In this document: piece after piece, positions 46,890 through 57,259 of the stretch
Numbering within the stretch: the stretch's first letter is position 1
How the letters are laid out: each line of letters opens with the position of its first letter
DNA from: Priapulus caudatus
Lineage: Eukaryota
Assembly: GCF_000485595.1 (NCBI RefSeq)
Contig: NW_014577076.1
Span: 264,948-325,633 of the forward strand
Length of the DNA: 60,686 bases
Direction: 5' to 3'
Program-made: the position numbers and the translations under genes
The notes under the pieces: generated by a model
What the model was told of the DNA's origin: nothing
Database searches by the model: none
What the model saw: the letters and a program-made list of their open reading frames with translations, nothing else

Positions 46890-49800
46890 AAGAGAGATGA
46901 GACCGAGAGAGATGAGAGAGAGAGAGAGAGCGATAGATCCAGAGAGGCGGGAGTGTGCGCGCGCCGAGACATGTGTGTGACGAGATGAGAGAAATGAGAG
47001 AGAGGAGAGAAAGAGAGATAGAGAAAGGCAGAGCGAGCGTGTTGCGTTGTGTTCTTCACTACCCCAGATCATTATGGACCTCGTGTTGTATGTGTGTTGA
47101 TGTGAGAGAGAGAGAGAGAGAGATGAGAGAGAGAGGAGAAGAGAGAGAGAAGAGGGGAGAGGAGAGAGAGAGAGATGTGTGGTTTTGTGTTGTGTCGTTG
47201 TGGGCCGAATGTTTGGCGCCGCGCCGTGTGTGTGCCTACAGTGTTGGTGGATCGACCCTGAATGTGTGTTTTATCGTTGAGATGAGAGAGAGCAGAGAAA
47301 GAGATGCGATGAGAGAGAGAGAGAGAGTGTGCGTTTGTTTATGTTGTGGTGTGACACAGAGCAAGAAAGAACAAAGGGATCACGCCATGCTCAGCGAAAA
47401 GCCGTTGCGGACCAACGTTGGCAATCTGACGTTGCAGCCAACGTTGGCAATTATGGCAGTTGGGCAACGTTGGCACGCTGAGGCAAAAGACGTTGGATCA
47501 ACGTTGGCTGTCTGACGCTTGGCCAACGTTGGGCCAACGGTGGCCAACGTTAGCATGAGCTTGCAGACAGCCGTTGGCCCCCAACTTGGCCCAACGTCAG
47601 ATGTTATCTGGAATTTACCGCTAAATGTTCCGCTAAAAAGTCCTGTTGGCTGAAGTCCACACTCAAAAGGAAAAAAGGGGGGCGGGGGGAGGGGGGGGGG
47701 GGAAACCCTTTGTTATTGGCGTCAATGAAAATGTGGTAAGACAACCCGCAAAATTATGCCTTTACGCATATTATGATTTTAGTTATTTCAAGACACAAAA
47801 TAAACAAGTTTTCATTAGGCGGCCATCTTGAAATCCAATGAAGTGGCCGCCAATCCTATGCGCTTTTCCTAAAAGTGTCCATAACTGGGTTTTCCACTAT
47901 CCCGAAATGCTGGGTATAGAACAGCAAAATTATGTTCTCTACGACGTCTTGGAGTCTAGTTTATTCAAAATAACACAATTTCACTGGCGCGATATTGAAA
48001 TCCAATATGGCCGCCATCCTAGTTTTCTCATAGTGTGATAATTGGGTTCTCCACTATCGAAAATGTGGGTATAGCCACCAACATTATGTCTTCTACGACG
48101 TCTGGAGGGACAGATATTTCAGAAAATCCATTTTTCGCTGGGTCATTTTGGATTTCAAGATGGCCGCCACAATACGCAAAAGTCAGCTGCGAAACATACC
48201 CAGTGGAACTCCCCAAGTATCATAGAAAATGATATTTACCCGTTTCCACTCTACCCAAAAAGTTTTTTTGGCTCATCCTTATTTTGGATATCTGCCCCTG
48301 ACTATATGGCCCACCACCCGGGTTGGGGGTTCAATCTAGTTAAAAATCCAAAAAGTGAACTATAATCATAAATTAATACCACTTTTTTAGGGGTTTTCAA
48401 GGTCTGGGAAATCTGATTCTATTTTACTGCGCAGTGATTGAGGTCCAAGTCATCTCTTCAAAGTTACCCAAGGTCATTTTTGGGCGTCAAATATGTCATT
48501 TTTTATGTTTTTTTGTTATATTATACACGCACCTCATTTATCAGTTTCCGGGGTTGAGGTAACCGAATCTGACCTTATTTGAACATTTGAGGCAATATTG
48601 CAAGTCAGGTCACGATAGAGCGTCACCCACCGGAGAGGTGAATCGTACGTCAATTATAGGATAAAAAACAAAAGTGCTAGAATCAGACAATAATACCCCT
48701 TTTTAGAGCGTTTGTGGCCTCTGAGCAATCCGCATTTCTGATCTTATTTATAGGATTCGAAGTCAAGAAGTCACCCCTCAAGGTCACCCTAAAGCGTCAT
48801 TTTGGGGTCAAACCAGTTCTGGCGTCCTGTGTCACCCACATCCAAAAACGTTTAGAGATTTTTTGTCCACAGAAACACGTTGTTTAGCAGAACACACTGC
48901 AGCGACAACGACCGACCGTAACGACAAACGACTTTTCACGGAAAATTAGCAACTATAATTGTTTCCTATGTATAATGAGCCCATTGCACACTGACGCAGG
49001 GCTCGACTTTAACCAGTGGCCGGGCCTGCCAATTGGCCACCTGAAAACGGCGTCGGCCCACCTGAAAACTGTCGGCGTTAGGTGGCCCGCCTGGCCACCA
49101 CTAAAAAAATAAGGCCGTGGCGCATGCGCCTACGCGACGCTTCCGGACGCAGGAGCCGCCTAGGCTTATAGGCCGTCCGGACATCCAATCTCACACAGAG
49201 AATCTTGCCCGAACACGTACACGCATGATTTGGCGCAAGGACGCGACGCTCTGCTGCATTCCGAGTGTGTGTGTAAGCGTGTGTGTGTGTGCTGTGTGTG
49301 TGTGTGAGTTGCGTGTTGCGTGTGCGCGTAGTGTGTTGTGCGTGTGTGTGTGCGTGGTGTGTGCGCCTGTGCGTTGTGCCGTGCGCGTGCGGCCGTGTGT
49401 GTGTGTACGTGTGGTTTACTGGAAGCAGATTCTGAGAATGGAATCGCACAGAAAAACAAGATGCTTTATTGGCATCCCTGACTGGCCGCACGCGATAGTT
49501 GTGGAGAGGTTCGCAGGGCCATCCACGGACCACCTATCACTCAATTTTCCACTGCCCTCATCATGAGAAGGACACAGCTTGCAAGTCAAGTTTCGAATGG
49601 ATGTACTATCGTTCATCGAGGTGGTCGAGCAGCTAGGCAACCCTTTCTTTACTACAGCTCAGGAGCTTGCTTAGCAACTCGATACACAGTAATTTCACGG
49701 AACCAGGCTCGTTGCTAATTCTTTATTCTTCAAATCCATGAAGCGGCCAAGGCCCTTCATGCGAATAGACTCATTGAAAAGGCTGGGGAAAAAAGCTTCG

Positions 49801-52800
49801 GAGTACCGGTATCTGGATACCATCAAGGCGAAACACATGCTAACATTCGCCAACCGGACCCTGACCCCAAAAAAGGCAAGAAGGACACTGCGCATACAGA
49901 GCCAGAATTATGACCTTAATCACGGCAAACTTTTCCTACTCACTTCAGTCGTTGTCCCGATGCAGACATGACAGACTTCTTTCGTGCTGGAAAATCAGAG
50001 AGAGCACCAAGCTTGCGCCGGTAATTGAGGGTCGCGCGACTCTGGGACGAAGTCACATTCTTCAATGCCTCAATGCCACCCACTGGCGCAACAGCGTACT
50101 GCCCAAAAAGCCACGTTGGTGGTGTTGGATATGCGCAGCAGTGGTCCACATGGTGCGCCCCACAACAGCCAAACATTCAGCAGAGTATGTGCCGCTTCAC
50201 ATTGTACCTTTCTGGAGCGCCCAAATGAAGAGTGGTACCCAACGCATCGACGCTGTATGGGATAATTACCCCGAGGAAAATAACCTCAAAGCTCTCACGC
50301 AGCTACGACGTGGGAAGGGCCCACGGACAAGAGTCGGCGATGGCAGCACTCAAATCCCGAAGCATGAATGGTCCAGTTGCTTCCTAAAAATTGAGGAGAA
50401 CAAGAAGGAGCTCTTCTCATTCATCAGCACAGAGATCTCCAAGAACGACATGGGTGGAAAGCTCCTCCTGAGTACCCGTTTCGAGACCGTGCTCTCCAAC
50501 AAGCATTGTGACCTCACAACACTTCAGCCGTGCAACCATTCCGAGGCGGACACAAGGATCTTACTGCATCTGGCACATGCCGCAGAGCAGGGTCATACAA
50601 CAGCCTATGTTCGCACGGTGGACAGCGATGTCGTGGTTTTGGCAATCCGGTTTTTCGAGACCCTCGGCCTATCAGAGCTCTGGGTGGGGTTCGGTACTGG
50701 TAAAAAGTACCGTGATATTCCAGTCCATACCATCGGCTCCAATCTCGGTCCTTCAAAGTTCTTGGCACTACCCCTCTTCCACAGCCTAACAGGATGTGAC
50801 ACGACTTCACAGTTTCTTGGATGTGGCAAGAAGACCGCCTGGGCAGCCTGGAAAAGCATGCCGGACCTCACCGACACACTAGTGGCTCTCACACGCGACC
50901 CTGACCTCTTCAGTCTGGTGTCTGTATATATGCAGAAGATCGAACGCTTCGTGGTACTCATGTACAGCAAGGGGTGTGGTGCAGCTGGTGTCAATGAGGC
51001 CAGGCATCGCCTCTTCACCACTGGAAGCAGATCACTGGAAAATATTCCACCTACCCAAGCAGCACTGTTCCAGCATGTGAAGCGAGCGTTACTACAGGCA
51101 CATTTTTACTGGAGTCAGACCACCTCGATCCAGCAAGAAATTCCTGACTTCAGTGAGTGGGGATGGCACAAAGATGGCACCAGTACATGGCAACCACTAT
51201 GGACCACTCTCAGCGACGCTTCAGTGGCATGTGCCATTCTCTTGCACTGCGGCTGCCTCAAGCCATGCACAGGAAGGTGCAAATGCAACCGCGCCGGTGT
51301 CCGATGTACGGCCCTTTGCAAATGCGAAGGTGGGTGCGTTAATAGCGAAGATGACCAGTAGTAATACTTTAGTCTGAATTACTTTAATAAAAATTGATTC
51401 CTGAATAATCTTTGTTTATTTTTTAGTAGTACACTGCTGAGCTTTGACCTTTGACCCCAAAATGTGGTCACTATGTCCTCAAATCGCCAAAATAAGATCA
51501 GAATCGGATTCTCAGAGGCCACAAATCCCTAAAAAGTGGTATTATGTCTAATTCTTAGTGTTTAATGTTTTTTACCTATAATTGACGTACGATTCACCTC
51601 TCGGTCGGGTGACCTCTATCGTGACCCTGACATGCAATATTGCCTCAAATCGTTCAAATAAGGTCAGATTCGGGTTACTCAACCCCGGAAACCGATAAAA
51701 TGAGGTGCTGTTTGTATATATTGACAAAAAACACTAAAAATGACATATTTGACCCCAAAATGACCTTTAGGGTGACCTTGAGGGGTGACCTTGACCTCAA
51801 ATCACTGAAGTAAGATCAGAATCAGATTCCCAGACCTTGAAAACCCCTAAAAAGTGGTATTATTTATGATTATAGATCTTTTGGATGTTTAACTAGATTG
51901 CCCCCCAACCCGGGTGGTGGCCATATTGGAATTTGCCAATATGGTGGCCCCGGGGGGCGAATTTTTTTTTCCTACACGTTATATCCATCGGGCTCATCTG
52001 ATTGGCTGCTTTAATTTGACCACACCATAGATAGTGTTTGGGATACGACAGATAGTATATAAGCCGATTAGTTTGTGTATAGTTTAGTTAGTATAGTTTG
52101 TTAGAGTTTGTTATATAGTTATATATAGTTATATAGTTGTTTTATAGTTTGTTAGTATAGTTTAGTTTTTTTATAGTTAGTGTTGGGCTTCGGGTTAGGG
52201 TTAGGGTTAGGATTAGGGTTAGGGTTAGGATTAGGGTTAGGGTTAGGGTTAGGGTTAGGGTTAGAATTTTTGCATCATTCTTTGATATACGGAAAGTATG
52301 ATGCGGAAGTTGATATGCGTATATCAAGCCCAATGGATATAACGTGTAGGAAAAAAAAATTCGCCCCCGGGGGCGCCCATTCCGGCGCCCGCCAGAAATC
52401 AAAAAAGTATGGTATTGGCAACATCTGGGCCAAATTTGGTGCGTTTGGAAGAATGTGAACCAAAATATCCCTAACACCCCTGACTACAAGTGAAATGTTT
52501 TGAAATGACTTATTTTTGGTCTTTATTGTCTGCAATTAATCCATGTTATCTAGATGAATATAATTCGGATTTATTGATGTATGAAATGATAACATTGACA
52601 TTTTCGCTGCCACGGTTGATTTTCAACGGCGACAAACTTTAAAGTCAAGTGCGTGATGTCAGAGTGGGGATGTCAGACTCTTGGCGTCATCACAATAAAA
52701 GATAGACACATATGTGTATATCTAGTTTCCGGTTGCTAACCACGGTTTTTTTTATTGTTTTCGTTTGCAGGGTTGGAAAGGATGCCTGTTGACATTCCTG

Positions 52801-54830
52801 TTCAAGTCAAATCGTTAGATCTCACATTCACATACATCAAAGACATCAATATTTCTGAAATGGCTCGCCTGACAGATCTAGAACTTTTTTGGTATCTTCC
52901 AAACTATCTACCGCAAAACTGGAAAAGTACAGAAGACGGTTGGCAGGTCATGGACAAACATACATTTTCCGGAAACCGTAAGCTACGTGTTCTGGTTTTT
53001 GAGGCTGGCCAATACCGATCGATGCCTGCCGATTTCATACTGGCAAGCAACTTGACAAAACTTGAAGTTTTAAAAGGCTCATTTCAAGGCATGACAGAAG
53101 AGCTTTTGTATCAGATTACATCAATTTGTCCATTACTGCACGAGCTAGACATATGGGGTAATGATCTAGCAGTAACGCCAAGCGATGTAGGCCCCATCGC
53201 ATGGACGAAGTATAATACAAGTTCCAGGCCACATCGTTGCAATTTAAGAAGGGTATCGGGAATAGGCAGTGTTATAATGCGCAACAACACGTTTATCGGC
53301 GATTTAGCTTCAGCAGTCTTTGGAGCCTGCCCTTTGCACACACTTGAGCTCACCTCTCTCAACAACGGCCTGGTATTCGAGCCTTCCTTCTTTGACAACC
53401 TGCCGAAGAAGTTGAACATCACCCTACATTATCAATATACGGATAATGTGAGAGACTATATATCGATGCGAAGTTTGATGTCTAGCCTTGAAAGAAGCCA
53501 CACCATGGCCGTGAATTTGTCGCTGCCGGAGTCAGGAGCACCAGTCAACGTCGTGCTCGCTATGATACGCGACCACAACGTAACCGAAAAACTCGTGGGG
53601 CTCAGTATGGACGTGCGAAATTGCAATAGCACCTGCATGCAAACTTCTGCGAGTCTCCTGCGGACGTCATTTTTTAATTTACGCACGGTCTCTCTGGTGG
53701 GATTCTCTGGCGTTACGGCTATAGATATACAAGAATGGTTTCCCAGCAATATGCAATCTATCACATTGCGTAGCTCTGGAAGCAACGGTGACATTATGTT
53801 TGTTCTTCCCGACGCTGGTAGAATTCTAGCCAACTTAACAAAATTAGAAATTGATGGGCCAGAATTTTATTGCAGTTGTGATAATACTCAGAGGTGGCCT
53901 GAATGTGTGGGGACGGATCTGTGTGCAGGTTCAATTATAACATTTTCCAGTTGCCCTAACATAATCCAACTAAGTTTATCGTTTGCACCTCGAAATCGAG
54001 AGCCTGGCATTATCAGCTATGCGGGGACAGGTTACAAATTTTCATATTCGTTTTCATCTCTACATTCCCTAAGAATATTAACGCTGAATCAATACCACTT
54101 GTGTAATGAAAGCAGTGTATACGCGCAGAACCCAATAGAAAGTTTAGTCCTAGCAGAACTATACTTTATAAATGGAATCATGTGTCTTGAAAAGGACAAC
54201 TTTGGCATCCCAGTGGCGTGTCCTGGATTAACTAAACTGTCCATTGCGCATACAACTATTCGCAGTGTTGTCGACTATGATTTGCGACAATATATGTTAC
54301 GAGACTTTTTTAAATATCACCCGAATTTGACGTACCTGGATATGACGGGAACTCGCTTCAGCATCGACGACTCATCAGAGTGGCTAACTACCAGCGACCT
54401 AGAAGCCATATCTTCTCTAGATCATTTAAGGGTCCTCCGGCTGCGAGACACCGGTATCAGCTCTATTCCCGACAGCTTTGCACGTCTTCAACTAAAGGTA
54501 TTTACCTACGAATAGCTACGATTATTTACGATAATCTTCCCTTGCGGCTAAGAGAATTTCATTTACGGCAGCTAACATTTGAAGCCCTGTATAAAGTTAC
54601 ACAGTAGAGCGACCGCGTGCTCGTGTGCGGATAGGCAACAATGATTTACACATTGACATTCAGCAGACAAGCCCTTTGCTCTAAAAACTTAAGTGATAAC
54701 TGTCACGAAAATCAGATTTGTTTCCATGTTGTGTCTTCCTCTATTCGCGTTTTAACAGCGCTCAGTGCGTCACTTGCTGTTAACCTAAGCCATATATACT
54801 GCCATAGTACTGCCACACTGCGTGAGCCGC

Positions 54831-54911
<81 letters not shown>

Positions 54912-55977
54912 GACGGNNNNNNNNNNNNNNNNNNNNNNNNNGTGTGTGTGTGTGTGTGTGTGTGTGGGTGTGTGGGCGTGTGTGTGCGTGTGTGCGTGTG
55001 CATGCGTGCGTATACGCGTGGGTGCGTGCGTGCGCTCGCGTGCGTTGTATTTAGGCCTAGGCCTATGTGTAGCACGCTTGAATGTTTTGGTGACCTTGTG
55101 CGCGTGACGTGTGATAATTAAGCACACGCATACGAGCACGCGTAACTGTTTGTTTTACTGTGCACCACTGATTTCTTTATATTACTGTTACTACAATATA
55201 TTAATGTTTAATATTTAATATTTAATATTTAATATTTAATATTTAATATTTAATATTTAATAATTTTATTTAATATTTAATATTTAATATTTAATATTTA
55301 ATATTTAATATATTAATTATAGAGATCAGTGTTTCACGTACGTGTACATCATTTAGATGACGGTATTGCTGTACAATAAAGATTTCACTTTTGTACATTA
55401 ACCTACCTAAGAACAATATATTAATTATAGAGATCAGTGTTTCACACACGTAAAGTTGAGCATAGGTATAGCTGCGCGGTAATTAATCGCGCGAGTGTCG
55501 TTTTTAGCTAGCTCTTCCGCTCGATAAGATTTTGTCGTAATTATGTTGACTATTGTCAGGTGTCGACCTCAGCGTGGTCTTTTTGCTAAAATCCACTCTT
55601 TGTAAAATCCCCATAAAACCTTTTAGGAAACCTACAGAAAGTAAGTACTCACTGGCTGGCTACAAAAGTTCAAAAATCAGTTGTGATGTGTCGCATAGAT
55701 GGCGCTGTGCGTCAAATTTATACAGATTCCGCGGCGTTTTACGATTTCGTTTTCGTCAGAGATATATTATATTATTTTCTCAGCTAGTTCTAGTAGCATA
55801 ATAATCATGTGCCGTTGTAGATAATAGTCGTTGTTACCTAGTGTTTCTTTCAGATAATGTTATTTTACTGTTAGCATTTGTATGGTACAATCAATCGCAA
55901 TGGCAGCAACGAAGGTAAATAGATGAGGTGTATTCAATATTGACGTTAGTCACACATAGTGGTTGGGTTAATCAGGT

Positions 55978-56021
<44 letters not shown>

Positions 56022-57259
56022 TGTGTGCGTCTGTGTATTTCTTGCACCACATATCAGATATTACATATCTAATTTCTCAACAGGAACTGGATCTCAGCTA
56101 CAACAATCTTATGAGGATCCCTGTAGCTCTACTCCAGATCGACAGTCTAAAACATCTCGACCTACGGGAGAACCCACTCATATGCGAATGCAGCACTATC
56201 GATTTCATGCACGCTGCCCAGAGGTTTGGGCTGTTGGCAGGACTCCCACTAGTTGGTTACCTTGATGACCCTGATGCCTTGTCGTGTACGTTCTCTGACC
56301 AGTCAATCGCTCTCCGGAAGGTTCACATACAGGAAGACGATTGTGGTTTGCCCGTCATAAATATATTTGCCATTGTGATGGCTTCCCTAATTTTGCTAGC
56401 AATTGTCGTAGTTACATATAGACGCCGTCGTTATATAGCTTACTACTTTCACGTGGCCGCTGTACGATTAAAACGATACGAGCCAGCAGTAGGTGAATAT
56501 GAATATGATGCGTTTGTTGGGTATTCAACTTCCACTGGTTTCGAGTTAAACTGGATTATCAATTTCCTTCTTCCAAAAATGGAAAACGATGAGGTAAACC
56601 CATACAGACTTTTTCTTGAGGAGCGAGATATGCCCGCATATGGAATGCAGGTTTCCAACATTGTCGCCTTCATGGACAAAAGCCACACCGTAATTCTCGT
56701 TATCACACAAACGTTTCTCACTGATGTCTATTGTAATTTCATGCTCAAGACCGCCGCAATGAGAAATAACGTCATCATAATATTCTTAGAGACTATAGCA
56801 ACGGAAGAATTTCCTGCAGAGCTTCGGGTGCTGCAATTGCATTCGACGTGTCTTCACTGGTCGGAAAACAGGAACAGCCAGGAGCGGTTCTGGAAAGCAA
56901 TAGAATATGCTATGCCCCTTCCCCAGCGGGACCACTACGCACCAATTCTAGCTAGCAGTAACTACTCCGCGGTACAGGCTATCTGGACGGTAGACAGGGC
57001 TGCAGCACTCCCCTCTTGTATGCCTTGCGTGACAACACAAACGGAGACAGATAATAGAAGTAATACGACTGGCAATGCCATTTGTGACAATGAGTGCTAC
57101 ACCTATAACGATCAGTGGCCAATAAATGATGACCTAGTCATCAAAAGAGATCAAATAGACGCAAGTGATACGCAATTATTTCTAAACAATTATTCCGAAT
57201 TATCTTGTTTAGAATTGGACAGGATTGAAATGGAGATTCTCACGCGTGACAATAAATGA
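40705..57259 (+). CDS. Toll-like receptor (signal peptide, LRRNT, degenerate LRRs, LRRCT, TM, TIR), 3 exons, ~1018 aa
   Basis: Exons 40705-40858 (signal peptide + CPESCKC...INCSNT), 52771-54497 (GLERMPVDIP..LDL, LRRs) and 56084-57259 (ELDLSYNNL, LRRCT NPLICEC, TM IFAIVMASLILLAIVVVTY-RRRR, TIR box 1 YEYDAFVGYS, ERDMP, box 3 RFWKAI). The phase-1 and phase-0 GT-AG junctions join in frame. Confidence 0.93.
41721..42965 (-). pseudogene. Degraded Academ XPG/Cys8 coding remnant of the inner element
   Basis: Fragments in different frames: IIDGMAVVQ, RIDIIFDRY, NHEEADTRIVLH, AFHALTGSDTTSQF, LPPTNDALILHCHRAHYQ..W, CGCSK..CCRTRSCTC..CCTGACKC. Confidence 0.8.
43610..44290. repeat. Degenerate array of the palindromic motif CCAACGTTGG inside the inner Academ (second noisy copy ~47395-47610)
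   Basis: Dozens of (GG)CCAACGTTGG variants at irregular ~10-25-bp spacing, ending ATGTTATCTGG; preceded by AG/GT microsatellite at 43070-43580. Confidence 0.85.
46048..46401. mobile_element. TTAA-flanked MITE
   Basis: TTAA-AGGGCCGGACAC...GTGTCCCGCCC-TTAA with internal CATCGGGCGATG repeats. Confidence 0.6.
49560..51361 (+). pseudogene. C-terminal half of the Academ protein (XPG/PIN-like nuclease + Cys8 finger); frameshifted before ~50135, open thereafter
   Basis: Motifs GNPF, VWDNY, HSEADTRILLH, VRTVDSDVVVL, FHSLTGCDTTS..GKKTAW, IPPT..AL.QH.KRA and WGW, plus terminal CGCLKPCTGRCKCNRAGVRCTALCKCEGGC. No DDE core is visible upstream. Confidence 0.8.
52193..52264 (+). repeat. Interstitial (TTAGGG)n tract within an insertion in the Academ right TIR
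   Basis: ~12 units of TTAGGG/TTAGGA. The insertion starts ATTGGCTG at ~52001, the same motif found beside the 40161 element. Confidence 0.9.

Larger units (their letters stand above)
41149..48304 (-). mobile_element. Second Academ element inserted into the left TIR of the first
   Basis: Termini TAGTCAAGGGGCAGAT...ATCTGCCCCTGACTA with ~470-bp TIRs rich in AAGATGGCCGCC motifs. Flanks tgt/tat are a 3-bp TSD of the host TIR site TTCCAA-TAT-GGCC, seen intact in the host right TIR. An extra copy of the right TIR ends at 44987. Confidence 0.8.
40986..52486 (+). mobile_element. Academ (AcademX-type) DNA transposon filling TLR intron 1; internally deleted and carrying nested insertions
   Basis: Termini TAGTCAGGG...CCCTGACTA with 3-bp TSD CAA (40983-40985 and 52487-52489). 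Long TIRs: left 40986-41148 resuming 48305-~48810; right ~51450-51960 plus ~52350-52486. Contains an XPG-nuclease/Cys8 ORF. Confidence 0.85.

Noticed and set aside
52193..52264. Chromosome end or fusion site
   Set aside because: The tract is short, embedded in a TE insertion, and has no head-to-head TTAGGG/CCCTAA junction.
40859..52770. RAG-like scenario of a transposon splitting an immune receptor that needs excision
   Set aside because: The element lies wholly within a canonical GT-AG intron and the exons splice in frame, so no DNA rearrangement is needed.
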